From contig NC_043003.1 in the NCBI RefSeq assembly GCF_006345805.1, positions 29,946,001 through 30,010,000 on the forward strand: a DNA stretch of 64,000 bases, given 5' to 3'. This document shows, one piece after another, positions 47,871 to 61,616 of this stretch. The translations under genes were made by a program, and so were the position numbers. How positions within the stretch are numbered: the first letter of the stretch is position 1; each line of letters begins with the position of its first letter. Below the pieces are notes generated by a model, which made no database searches, was not told the DNA's origin, and saw only the letters and a list, made by a program, of their open reading frames with translations. The stretch is from Octopus sinensis (taxonomy: Eukaryota).

Positions 47871-50800
47871 ATAATTTTCTATTTGTAGAATAAAATACAT
47901 AGATGTATTTTGAAATCAGTAATTTTATTTGAACAAGAAGAAAGTGCATAAGATTATGTCTCAGCATTTTGATAACCACTCAGGTTACTGTTTTCTGCAT
48001 GAACTCAAGTTTGAAAAATTAGCCATGACAATTTAGTTACTTTCTCATGTGTGATTTGAACAAAAATGATGCATTACACAACCATTAAAATTCCCAATAA
48101 ACAGAACCTTCTGACTAGGGAGTTCAGCAATTTCCAAATGAAAATTAGTTTAATTACCCACAAGAATTACTCTGGCCTCATTAAGGAAGTCATCCAAACA
48201 GATTTAGGGACACGTGACACACCTTTTTCATTCTCTACCAGTGATCACTGAATTACTTTAAAAAAAAAGATGGAATCACTGACACAGCAAAAAAGCCCCA
48301 GCAAAATAAACTGAAGAATTAGTAGCAACTGATCACAGTTCTAAAATAACTGCCTGGAGTTACACAGTTGTTTTTATAAAATTGATTGACCATTGTATTG
48401 GACAATCATGTGTTAAAAAGAATAAAAAAATAGGTGAGAGCTGACACAATGGACTTAAAGAAGCACAAACCCTCTTGGGTACTGCAGAATGATTTCCTTA
48501 ATTATGACCATTTTACAACTGATCTAGTATGGGTCAGACATGTGAACAAGGTTTTATTCTATCTTGTTTCTGTTCTATCTTAATTATTGCCATTCATTTT
48601 AATTCTTCATATTATAGGTAAGAATTGTAACTCAGAATATGAAGGGAAAATTGCAGTTGTACCAAGAATGGGCATAAGAAGACAATTATACAATGCTGCA
48701 CAAGAACTGTACAGGTACAGGACTTGATGTTATCTATGTAGAATTAGCTGTTCTGAATATAGTGTAGTACATCTGCCTTGTCCAGAAATATTTTCAATGT
48801 TCTTGCATCAATATAGCATCACTAATGGAAAAGACTTGCATCAACATATTGACAAAGGTTCTAATGATACCTGATCTTAAATATATCTCTATTTTGATAT
48901 ATGACACCCTCAACTCCAACTGATTAAAAGGTCACAGAAAGTTATTCTGTTCAATAACAAAGAATTAAGTTGTACTATCAAGACAGCTAATGTATTTTAT
49001 ACTGTGAGAAACCTGAAAACAGAGTACAAGCTAATGGTTACACTGCTTTAACAGGAGAGATTAATGCTATTAATCTGATGGCTTTGGGGATGTTAGTGAT
49101 GGAGGACACATTGTGAGCAAAGAGGCTGATAAAGATTGTCAGATGAAATGATAAGTTTGCATACCAGTAAAAGAATATATATAACTTGAATATTTTTGAT
49201 GAAAGATGCCTTTTTTTTTCAAAAAAAAAAAAAAAAGTACATTGTAATTTCTTAAAAACAAAAAATTCAAATAAACTTATGGTAAGAAATGATAGTATAT
49301 GACATGACAAATGTATAATATCAATGTTCCAAACCAAATACTGGTTTATATGAAGCCTACTAAGACCACCTTATTAATATGCATTATGTAAGACTACTTT
49401 TATAAGTGTTTTGAGATGGTATTGCTCAAATTTATAATTAGAAACAGTCACAATGTTTTTTAACAAGAAATCTGTGTTAAATATCTGCTCAAACAAGATA
49501 ATAAATATTTTGTCAACATTTTTATGCTTAGTAAGGGATATTTATGACTAATCACTCCTTTCAGTTTGTCTTGTAGTGAGCCCCCTTCAGATTTGGTAAT
49601 TAAAATGCATGCTAAGAGAACAATTTGCACATAGACAAGTGTGTCATATGACTTCTTGCAATAACAACAAATTAGAAGAACCACATGTTACAATATCTGG
49701 ACATTGTTGACAAAACTTTATCTTTTGGTTAAATCATTACTTGTTTAACAGATTTTGTTGGACATAGAGGCAGAATATGGAGACTTGGCTTATTTCTCTT
49801 CAATGTATATTGGCTAAGCTGATAATCATTGATGGGAAGAGTATTTTCATTGAATGAAGAAATGGTAATATTTTTTGAGCGCATAGATGTTTTATATTAT
49901 TGTGACACTTATTGTGGATAATTTTAATAACTTTAAGAAGTAATTTTTTAAAAAAACCCTGCCTTTTAAGATGTTTGGTCAAATTGTTGTATTTAATAGA
50001 GAAATTGAAATATTTCCCCAATTTAAAAAAAAAGTAGAGTAAAAGATCCAAGCATTTTTATGAATATGGTCCAAGAATTAAGGAAAGAATATTTTTCTTG
50101 TTAGCTGAATTTTCACCCAATGTCTGCTACACCATTTGATATTGGACACAGTATCAGAAAATAATCAAACTGAATTGATTAAGAGGCAATATGATGACAT
50201 CTGAGATTTAAATTTCATATTGAAGATGTATCAGAGTTTGACTTTCTATAGAAATTCTATCCATCCAAGATACAAGTGGCAAGCATCCTAAGTTAGTTAC
50301 TCATACAACTCATACCAAACAAAAAAAAAAAAACAAAACATTGTTTGGCAACACTTACCTGTGTTGAGCACATATTTTCAAAAATGGGACCACTTCAAAA
50401 ACCATTTGAGAACCAAACTGACTAATACCTACTTGGATGTCTTGCTGTAGGCATTGACAAGTCTGGCACCTAATATTAAAAAACTTTCAAGTAACAAACA
50501 CCATCAAATTTCACAGTTGTCTACTGTTTACATTAAAAGTATATAATTTTCTTTTTCCCCACCCAATGCATCATTTTCAGTTTTTTTTTTTTTTTTCTGT
50601 TTCAAAGATTCTTTGAGTCATTTCAACAGACTTGAAAGATATCCTGATGGAAATAAATTATAATTAAATTGAGTTCATTGATTACTAATTGGTATCCTTC
50701 ATTAAACATGATTCCCTAGCATGTATCATGAACTAATCTGATGAAAATAACAATTAGATATATTTCAATGGATAATTTCCATATTTCAAATTCTTGTTAG

Positions 50801-53089
50801 TATTTATCCTCGTCCTCTGTTCACTTGATAGTACACAATCTCCCTTGCAGATGTAAAAATACAGCTGCCAATCCTTGATCTAAATATTACAATTCATGTT
50901 AGATACAAATAAATGTAGCAGATGTTGCAGTATTCTGAGAGATATTTGTAGAAGTCTTATGTCAAGAAACAACTTCCTAGTAGTATATTATAATACTTTC
51001 TTCACAGTCAACATTATAGTGATAATAATATATATTTTTCCATGCTTGCATAGGTTGGATGAAGTCTGCTGAATAGAATGTGACCACTTGTTGTAGCTGT
51101 TTATCATTTATCAGTAGGCTCAGCATCTGGTGAAATGACTTTACCACTATGTAATGATTGGTATAAAAATAATATAATGGTACACATGCACAAATAAAAT
51201 TACAAGATGGAAAAAATGTTATTTATATTGTCATTTTTGTTAACTGATTTTTCACTTGTTTTGCGAATTGAGATTCTGGTAACTGTAAAACTGTTGATAA
51301 TAGTTTCTATCTTCTGAATAAATATTACTGATTCTATAATCATACAAATGCTGGAAGCAGTTTTGAGAAAAATATCCATGATTTTGTTGTTGTACAACTG
51401 TCGGCAGTGGTTCTAAGACAAATAGCTTCTGAACAAAAGGCATTTCATATCATTTGGGTTTTTTTCTGCTATTGACTTCTGACATAAAGAAGATCACTTT
51501 AAGAGGACATAAATGATGCTGCTAGATAAAAGGAATTTCTATAAAAATAGGTACAGTAACAATAATCAACAAGTTTGTAATTGTATACATGGTCATAGCT
51601 TCAGTGAACAATCTTATACAAATACAACAGTTCATATATTCATAGATAGATTAACTATTATAGTTTGGGTGATGATGATCAATCATAAATAGTTTATATT
51701 CAGGTGCAGCACAAGTTTAAGGATCCCATATTTCTACTTAAAAAGAAAATATCTCTTCTTGGTCAAATGCTTAATATTGAAGAATGAACCAGAATGTGAT
51801 GTTGTACAACTATGAAGGTTGAAGATTCCAAGTTCAAGCCGTTGGTTTGTTTATATAGAACTGAAAAATAAAACACAGATAATGAGTTGGCAAAATAGTT
51901 AGATATTATAATTACTGGGTGATGTGCAAGAAAGAGGTAATTGTGGTGGTATGGATGTTATGAAAATAATTGAAGTAAAACAGGAGAAAAAAAAAACAAT
52001 GGTGGCAACTGAGAGTCATTCCACATTGGGACTGCAGTTAAAGGAACGTAATTAAACTAAGCCTATTATCTAATAACAGTGACCAAAATAATATCAGTAA
52101 TATAACACCCATCTAATTCTTTAGAGAGAGGATGTATAGATGTTTAAATTTTTTCTGAAAACTGCACATAGTTAGTGATGAATACATTTATTCTCAAAGG
52201 GGTAAGCTATGTATATACACACATATATTGTAAACTATGAATATATACACTCATGCTATAAACTATATGTGGATACATTTATGCTGTAGGCTATTTGTGC
52301 ACACATTTATTTATAAGCCACACAGAATGACAAAACACTTTGTCATGATGATAGTAGAATTGTGGTTTGTTGTCGACATTTACAAGTATATTATTGTGAG
52401 AAATGACATCAATACTGCAGATGAAAAGTTGGAATTTAAAGTTAAGCATGATGAAAAAATGGTTATTGTTTAATGTCAATTTAGTCTGTACAAGCTGACT
52501 TGTGAATATGTTTTCTGTTACCTCTATAACAATGTAGTCTCAATACTGAGTTATCCACACAAGTGTACTGGTTCATTGTATAAACTGAATTCAACTTTCA
52601 CAGTGCATGTGTAGATATGGTTAGGTTTGCTTCCTAACTGCATGGTTTCAGGTTTGATTTTACTGCATAGTGCCTTAGGCAAGCATATTCTACTTGCTGG
52701 AGAAGACCATTCTTGTTCTTTGTGCTAGACTGAATCTGTAACCGGCTATAATGCCACTATTTGGGTTATTTTAGCAGAGTTTGGATAACTCATTGACAGA
52801 GAATATAATTTATTCATTCTTGTTAAAAAACATTTCCAAGTTAATATATGTAACATGGATTGATATAGCTAACATAGGAATTATAAACAGACACATACCT
52901 GGAAAAAGAAGTTGTGAGTTTACTTAAATTCGTTATGATGATAGACATTAAATTCAATTTCTTTGTATTTTGTATATGATCACAATATAAAGTGGACTGT
53001 AACCTAAAACAAAAGCAAAAAAAAAAAAGCATTTATTAATACTCATAACAACAATGACTATCATAACTAATCTGATATAAGAATCCTTT

Positions 53090-54090
53090 CTACTATAGGC
53101 ACAAGACCTGAAATTTTCTGGGGGGCGGGGGTATAGTCAATTATATTGACTGCAGTGCTTGACTGGTACTTAATTTATTGACTCCCACAAAAAAATGATG
53201 GAAGGTAAAGTCAGAATTTGAACTCAGAACATAGAGACAGATGAAATGTCACTAAGCATTTTACCTGGTATGCTAACAATTCTGCCAGCTCATCACTTTA
53301 TTCTTTCTTCGAAAGACTTAAAGCTAGAAATTTTAGGGGTGAGAAGGGGCTGGTTGATTACCTGTCTAGTACTTATTCTATTGATCCTGGAAGGATAAAA
53401 GTCCAAGTTGATCAAGGCAAGATTTGAATTCAGAATGTAAAGCTGAAGAAATGCTACTAAACATTTTATGGGCTAATGATTTTGCCAGTTTGCCACTGTA
53501 TTCTTTTTATTACAGGCACAAAAACTGAAATTCTGGGTGAGGGGACTAGTTAATTATATTGATTCCAGTACTTGCCTGGTGTTAATGGTGCTTATCTAAT
53601 TGATCCCATTCGCTAAAAGACAAAGTTGACCATGGTGGCATTTGAACTTGAAATGTAAAGATGAACAAAATTCCACAGTGTATTTTGTCTGGTGTGCTAA
53701 CGATTCTATCAGATGGCCACCTTAATAATAACGGTTCCTGATTTCAGTACAAAGCTGTCAACTTTAAGAGAAGGGGGAATATTTGACTGGTACTTTATTT
53801 TATCACCACCAGAAGGATGAAAGGCAAACTAACCTCAACGGGATAATTTGAACCCAGAATGTAAAGAACTTGAAGACATATCACAACAATCTTATCAGCT
53901 TCCTGCCTTTAATAGTCTAAGATTTAGGCAAAAGCCTAGCAATTTTGAGGTGATATATTAACTGATACTATCAACCTTAGTACCAGACTGGTACTTAAAT
54001 TTATCAACCCCAGAGGAGTGGTTAATAAGTTTTCTTCAGCAGGATTTGAACTCAGAATGTAAAGAGCCAGAAGAAATATTCCAAAACATT
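53090..54090 (-). mobile_element. Head-to-tail run of about five degenerate SINE copies
   Basis: Repeating ctgaaatt...ggggg...gactggtactt..tttat...aggatgaaaggcaaa...atttgaactcagaatgtaaag with a period of about 200 bp. Confidence 0.75.
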
Positions 54091-54639
54091 TCTAATGACA
54101 CTATTGATAATTACAACACAATTACAATTTTGAATGTGAATTTTTTTACTTCTGTGAGGTGTATTTATGATTTGTGATCCAGATTATCTCTAGCTTTGAT
54201 TAAATTAACCATGTCAATTGTATGATTGAGGTGATATATATTTAGATGCTTTTTTTGGTTTTGTGTAACAGTCATGTTGAATCTAAGTTTATAATTTTGA
54301 TTCAGTTTCATGAGATCTACTTTCATTACTTCTTCCTAAGTATTCTTCAGCCAAGCCTACTTACCACTGACAGTAATTCTCACCCATCACTCACCTCTAA
54401 TATTCAGCCACGATTTCGGCTAATGTTACTCATCCAACAGATTACACTCATGTTATTTCTTTCCAGCCTTACAAATATTCCACATTTAATGCTGTCATCT
54501 CACTACCTTGCAATATCAAACTTACAGCAAATGCTTCGCAGTGTGGCTTCTTTTTTGCAAAAAAGAAAGATACCAGCCTAAGTAACAGCTCCTTCTCCCA
54601 TCCTTTCTTTAATTCTGGCAATTATGTTTGTGTTATATA

Positions 54640-54830
54640 TGGATGTGTGTATCACATGATCAATCAGACTATTGGATGCTGGTACCCTGCTGGTTAGGTG
54701 AATAGGCCAACATTCCTCCTGATTGGAAGGCAGGTTTACCCATTTACAGATGAGTGGATTGGAGCAACATGAAATTAAGTGCTTTGCTGAAGAATAGAAC
54801 ATGCCATCCAGTCTAAGAATTGGATCCCTG
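54640..54830 (-). mobile_element. SINE of another family
   Basis: ccatttacagatgagtggattggagcaacatgaaattaagtgctttgct, resembling conserved central domains of invertebrate SINEs. Confidence 0.5.
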
Positions 54831-54842
54831 ATCTAGTGATGA

Positions 54843-54887
<45 letters not shown>

Positions 54888-55829
54888 CTGGCAAATTGAG
54901 TAGATACGGCATAGGGTTGACATGACTATATAACCTTGCCAAAGGCAGCCTCTACAATGCTGGTGGCAATATATGCACTAGTACTATAAAGTGGTTGGTG
55001 TTAGGGCACCCAAATGTAGGAACCAAGACAAAAACTAACATGTGTAGGGTGTAGTTTTTCTGACCTGTTGTGAGTTGGGAAAGGAATAATTCAGAGTATG
55101 TGACTCAGACTGTTCCCCTTGCCCAGTCAATTCACACAAGCATGAAAAGCTAACATAAAAATGATGATATATCTACACACACTATACACATAAAATACAT
55201 CTTTGGTTTAAATGACTATATTTCCAATGTGTTGTCAAGTGTAAATCTGCCTCAAATGGTATCAATGTGTTATAATTCCATTTACTGGATCATAAAAGTG
55301 TATTTTGTAATAGTAAATATTTGTTCACTAGTGCAGCTATTTGACTGAATGTGTGTTGTGTGTGTGTATGTACTTGTTTTCAGTGGTGTGATGTGATGTT
55401 CTTACCTTTGTGTAAAGTTGAGTCCACAGAAGAGTCAGGGCCAATGTTTCTGATATGCAGTTAAGTTCATCTGTGATTTCTTGGGTTATATTCCTTTGTG
55501 TTGATAACTGACATGGACTCCATATCCTTGGCAAAGATGGCTTTTCATGGTAATAGCCAGTATTTTTTGGTAGACTACATCTAATGTGAATCTGTTTTTG
55601 CTAGTTGCAACACAGACTGGGGGAAAATAGAGTATCTAGTATGATAGTCTATACTGAATTTCATCATTTGGTTGATGTTTTAACTATGGTCATCCCAACC
55701 AAATTGTTGGTATTCCCAGTTGTGTAACAAGGTTACTGCTCAGAAGATAGTTGGGAGACATAAGATTTAAATCCAGTTGTTACATAAACAAGTCAAACTT
55801 AGAAATACTTTTGTTAGCTCATGAGGCTC

Positions 55830-56260
55830 CTGCAAGGTGGTCAATATATTGTTAGAAAGCCTATCAAGAGCGACATCTAACTTAGCAGTGTTGAATGCAC
55901 TCATTGCAAGGAAGACATGCTTCACTAGATATATAGATAACACACAGTTCATATATTCCATATTATCCAACGTCTTTTCCTTTCGAGATGTTGAGGTGGG
56001 ACCTGAGGGAGATCAGGCTGATAGTCAAGTTGGGAGACCACGTAAAGGCTCCCTCACGAGTAGGCAGGGGTCTTGTCCTTGATGTAGGTATGTATGATAG
56101 AGACCCAGGTGTGAAAGGGTAATGCTCCAATTTTTTTTACTAGCAAGAATCTCCTAGAGCACAGTGTCAACTGATGTCTGACCGTAACAATGGAAAATAG
56201 AGTTTTGAAAAGCAGGCCTTGCGAAAATGTGACAAAGTAGTATTGTGAAAACTTGTGAAA
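55830..56260 (-). mobile_element. Possible very old Penelope-like GIY-YIG remnant
   Basis: LRSHLNISKGKDVG*YGIYELCVIYIS resembles the GIY-YIG start. Weak. Confidence 0.3.
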
Positions 56261-58922
56261 GATGCTATGAAAAGTAATCAGCAAAGAGTTGTATAGAACT
56301 TGAGGGTTTAAGTTGGATACTACCCAATGTACATCACTAAAAAAAAAAAAACTATGACAGTAGTAATTAATAAATACATATATACACATCAGTATTGTAC
56401 ACTTGAGATATCATGCACATCTGTATCTTCGAGGTATCTAATAACATAAAAAGATGATTTGAGAGAGGAGGCTGATTTTACAAAAATAAAATTTGCTAGA
56501 TAAGTTAGGCCTGTATGAAATTTTTTTTCTGTGCAATCACTGAAGTTTCCAAATCAACATGTTGGAAAGGGTATCTTGTACTTTACAGTTTGAAACAAAA
56601 ATATTTTCCAAAACAAATATTTGACAGTCCAATTTATTTTGTGAACATACTAAAAAATATGCAAATTTCAACACAAACAGAACTAATATATTTAACCTAA
56701 GTCAACCATGACTGAGAAAAAGAATGATCAAAAATGTTCCACCTGTAATCACCCTGTATTTTTTCAAATTCAAGTTTCAACTCAAATTTCAAATACAAAT
56801 AAAAATTAACAGAGAATAAAATAGACCAAAATAAATAAAGTTTAATATAATTCATGAGAATATGAAACTGTCAATCAACAGGAATTTGCCAAGTGGACGG
56901 CCTGTCATTGTCTGATATGAACAATGAGAACAAATACATAAGCAGTCAAAAAAACTGCTACCTTCAATAAATACATCCAAGGTGTAAAATATTTTGATGG
57001 AAATGCATCAAATGCAACTGGACCCAATCAATTAAGACTATATTATTATTTTTTTGTTTCTGAAATATCATTTAGGTACGCCATATGTACATTTTTTGTT
57101 GATAGACACAGCCTAGCACATAAGAATATCTAAATGGAAGAGACTAAAAAATTTTAAATTGATGAAACTAGCATGGGTCCACATAAACTGATGTTATGTG
57201 AATTGGAATATTACAAAAAGAAATGTTTATTTGTACCTGCTCTTAGCAGGAAAAATAAATAAGGACAAACTGGGAATAAACAGCCTAGCAGGTACTTAAC
57301 CAAGTACCTGCTAGGCTGTTTATTCCCTGTTAGTCCAGTTAGCTGCTTGAAGAAGATATTTGTGTTGAGATTTGAAATATTTTTCGCACAGTACAGGTAC
57401 ATAAAACAAAAACAAAACAAAAAATAAATGACATGAATCAAGTTTTTCTTTTGAAAATTTTGTTTCAAACCACAAAGTAAAAGATACCTATTGTAAGTAT
57501 ATTGTTCAGCTCCACAACACTCTCAATCATTACGTCAATAATACAAGAAAAGATATTCAAAAATGGTATGTGGATCTGTCAGTTTCTAATTGGTGAAGAT
57601 GACAATTTAGGGTTTATCATGTAGACATCTCTGATCAATGGGTGTGTTATGTGGAGCAGTCCTTTAAGAACCCAAGTTTTTATCATAAGAAAACATGTTA
57701 ACTACAACTTGAACATTGATCAGCCACTATATTTAAAAATATAAACAATGATTGGTTGATGTTAGGAGATTATTACCAATTATTTACATATTGATCTTCA
57801 GTCATCTGAGAAGCCCAAGTAAAATTTTTAGCACCCACCACATGGAACACCTTATTGGACTCACAGCTCATTGAATTTATGTGGTGCTATGAATTCAAAG
57901 ATGAAGCATTCCAAAAATTGTTGGAACATACAAATTACTGTTTTGAATGTTTTATGAAAAGATTAAAAATGTGCATCAAATTGTCTATTCATAACATACA
58001 ATAATATATATTCAAGTCATTTCACATCTCCACATAAAAAAAAGTTATAAGCAATTTATATCATTACAGAATATGTACTATTTCAGACATCTCCCCAATT
58101 AAATGTGAATAAATATTAATGTGAATCGTGATTCTTTCACTTTTGACACATAATACTGATTTATGAATTTGGAAAACAAATTTCCCCACAAATTTGCGCC
58201 AACAAACCAATTGTAATTGGTTCGCTGGCACAAATTTTTGTTCTCATATTCGCTTAATATACAGCATTTTACACCTATTACACTTGTATTCTTTTGTTTT
58301 GGTGGCCGGGTGTTAAAGTAAACATTAACCAAATTGCCTGGACAATTATTCATGGGGAGGAAATTTATCTCTGGCAAATTTTTAAAATCCTGATTAAAGG
58401 GACAAAGAGATTAGAATATGTAAAGCGAACAGGACGACCTTCGGGGCAGAATTTAAGAACGTTGAATATGGAAATAGAGAAAAGGTTAACCAAAACAAAA
58501 GGTTTGATAAGAATAAAATCGGAAGAGGACATGTTTTTAACCAAACAACAGAGCATTATTAGTGGAAATAGAGAAAATGAAAAAACTAGTAGAGACATTC
58601 AAAGAAAGGATTAAAGCATGTCATATATATTATGTTCGTTATGAAAATTTGGCCAGCGTGATTGGGCTGGAGGACATAATGGAACATGTAACAGATGGAT
58701 AAACAAAACGATTACAAACTGTATAAAAGAACTGTAAAATGAAACTGCGAGCCTTGGGAGGCTCGTAAGCCATTCCATTTCTCCATTACAAATAACTCAT
58801 TTCATATTCATCATTCATTATATGTACCCTAAATTTTGTATTGTATGTACTTGTAATATCCACGGAATGTTTTCAGGCTATATGCCTATAATAAAGATGT
58901 AAAGGGATATAACTGAGTTATA

Positions 58923-59071
58923 TCTATTTCTTTACTACCCACAAGGGGCTAAACACAGAGAGGACAAACAAGGACAGACAAAGGGATTAAGTCGATTACA
59001 TCGACTCCGAAAGGATGAAAGGCAAAGTCGACCTCGGCGGAATTTGAACTCAGAATGTAACAGTAGACGAA
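58923..59071 (-). mobile_element. 5'-truncated SINE with a 12-bp TSD
   Basis: Same family as 3063-3277. TSD aactgagttata at 58911-58922 and 59072-59083. Confidence 0.9.
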
Positions 59072-59169
59072 AACTGAGTTATACCTCGTTCCAAGCAGAA
59101 TTGGAAAAGTGGCAATTTAATCAGATGACTCAGAGAAGCATGATAGTTTTGTACAATTCTTTTGTCAAC

Positions 59170-59560
59170 CCAATTGCCATCTATGCCAGTGACACGTAGA
59201 AGATGACAGCAGGACTCGTCCACAAGCTAGATGTATTCCACCAGAGGTACCTCCGAAAAGTTCTCACCTCTTGGGAAAACAGAATAACCAATGAAGTCTA
59301 TGGGAGAACCAAACAGAAACCACTAAGAATCACAGTGAAAGATCGCCGCCTGAGGTTTCTTGGACATATCTTTAGAATGTCGTCAACAAGACACTCAAAG
59401 CACTCCTTCGATTGGAAACCAGAAAATGGAAAAAGGAAACGTGGAAGCCTGTTAATAACACAGAAGAGGACAGTTCCGAAAGATCTACATGCAGAGATGA
59501 GCTGGGAGGATGCCAAAGCTCTTGCAGAAGATAGAAATACATGGAACACCTTACATAAGC
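59170..59560 (+). mobile_element. Degenerate RTE-group LINE RT C-terminus of a third family
   Basis: PIAIYASDT*...KLDVFHQRYLRK...RRLRFLGHIFRM...WKPENGKRKRG...AEDRNTW. Confidence 0.85.
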
Positions 59561-59799
59561 ACAGCTGAATATTTTTTAGCATGAAATTTGAAGTAGCTCA
59601 TCCACAAGTGTATTTTTAATACATTGCAAACAGAAAGAGTTTGCAAAGTGTTCAAATTGTTTTTAATTAAATAGCATATTTTCTTATTGAGCCTTATTTG
59701 AATATTCCATATTAAAAGATATTCTTTATGAATATTCTACAGTATTAATGTGATATTTTTCTTTTTCAGATAGAACAGCAATAACAAAATCCGACAACC

Positions 59800-60660
59800 A
59801 TGTCTTCCACTGCCACTGCTGCTGAACAGCAACTAAAACCGACTATGTCTCCCAATACCAGTTCTGTTGATGAAGAACAACAAAAACTAAAGCTGCCCGT
59901 GTCTTCCTCCCCTGTCATTCTTCAACAACAACAAAAATTGACCATTCCAGCTGAAGAACATCTCCTGACACTTCTCAACACTGACAAAAATCGACCATCA
60001 GTACAGAGGTTACGGTAATTTGACAAATGATTTCTGCTTTAAGCTGCGAAATAGCAGGAATCAAAACCAGAGTCTGTGCAAAACCTCACAATGAGGGATC
60101 GTATCGGAGTGCCTTGCTCAAAAATTTACCTGTAGCTCTTACTGAACCTAGACGCATCGAGGAAGCTACTGAATCAACCACCCATGGGGTAAATGTCATT
60201 GGAGTATTGGAAGACATGGTTGATCTACAGGCATTTACTGGCAACACATCTAAGGACTTAAGCTGTGTTCCTCCAAAAAGTGCTTTCCGTCTTTCTAGCC
60301 GTTGATAGGGCTCGGCGCGAAAACAAAATTACCTTTCGGACACGCCCTGGCCTACCACCTGATGTACACCCAAAGCTAAGATCTGTTGCTTCCCTAAATC
60401 GCAACTCAGTGCCACAGGAAAGCTTTAGCTTACACGACGATGGGCAAATATGGAAATTCATCAAGTCTGGTGAGTCATGGATAAGGGATATCAGTTGGTC
60501 TGAGCATACTGCACCCACAATAACTGGCAATACAAAAATCATGGGAAACTAAACAAGAACAATCAGCCATCCCCTGTATATCATCGTCATCTGAAATCCA
60601 GATACAAACTGTTGTCCTTAAATGCCCATAGTTTATGCAACAAGGTACAAATTAATCTCA
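59800..60660 (+). mobile_element. Probable decayed 5' part of a LINE: ORF1-like sequence and the start of an AP-endonuclease
   Basis: GSYRSALLKNLP...VNVIGVLED and RTRPGLPP fragments in shifting frames, then YKLLSLNAHSLCNKV, which resembles the N-x-x-S-L start of ORF2. Confidence 0.4.
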
Positions 60661-60709
60661 TTTTCCTCACATTATTTGGTGGCTAAGAAGTGTTTGCAAA
60701 TCTGTGAAA

Positions 60710-60975
60710 ATGCCAAAAGGAGTGCAATTAATGTCAGTTGAGGTAGAGAAAAATAATAAAATTACTATTTGAAGGACAATACTCTTTCCACTGCAAAAAT
60801 ATTGATGCAAGATCACCACACAATTAAGAAGTTTGTTGCAGATGGCAAGGTGTCCTGTACTCCAAGAAAGACAAAACCCAAAGCCTTTAAACTTCAAGAT
60901 GAATGAAAACTGAAGCATGCCATGATGAAAAATCCCCATGCAATGAGTAGTAAGATTTCAAGGCAGCTGGCATCA
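60710..60975 (+). mobile_element. Tc1-like transposase N-terminal remnant
   Basis: MPKGVQL...AKILMQDHHTIKKFVADG...KLKHAMMKNPHAMSSKIF, frameshifted; matches a Tc1-type HTH region. Confidence 0.6.
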
Positions 60976-61481
60976 ACAATGCTAATAAACATGTTCAAAT
61001 AAGCATTTATTTAGTGAGGTGGGTAGTCACAATGGAGTTCAGATCTTCAGCATGAGTGCACTTTTATTCCACTTTGCAGCCTCTGTGAGGAGAGAATTAT
61101 CAGTAGAGATTTTTTTGTCATGTTTTGTGCTTTTCCTGCACACATCCTCATCTTCAAGCTGCATGATGAACCAGTGCATTGTCATTAACAGAATTATTTT
61201 TGTGTACCTGTTTGCTGAATCGTCTGTTAGCAGTGAAAGTAATGTGGCAATCAACTTTAACTTGTCTTTGTATTTCTTGATGCTCTTTATCACGACTCAT
61301 TTGAAACCAGAAGATCATATTACCAGGACCTAAGCCACATGCACCTTCTACACATGGCTAAAAAAAGAAGGACTGATTTTATGAAGTACTTTTGCTAATT
61401 ACTTCAGTGCTGAGTGACAATGAGCTTACTATCATAGCAAGTAACTTCAACAAACATGTTGGGCAGTATTCTGAAGGATTC

Positions 61482-61614
61482 TGTAACAGGATGAGAATTC
61501 AGGAACACTGGAGGGGTGTCTGGTCTGATCCTGTCACATTCAATTCAAGTTGAATGTGACAGGATCAGACCAGACACCCCTCCTCCAGTGTTCCTGAATT
61601 CTCATCCTGTTACA
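61482..61614. repeat. 133-bp near-perfect palindrome with TGT...ACA ends, in the position of a 5' LTR
   Basis: Arms 61482-61543 and 61550-61614, a 6-nt loop and one 3-nt bulge. Confidence 0.95.
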
Positions 61615-61616
61615 AT

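Noticed and set aside
59770-60014. Host coding exon (MSSTATAAEQQ...) with acceptor and donor
   Set aside because: No compatible downstream exon was found, and the sequence continues into LINE ORF1/endonuclease-like fragments. A host exon is not excluded.
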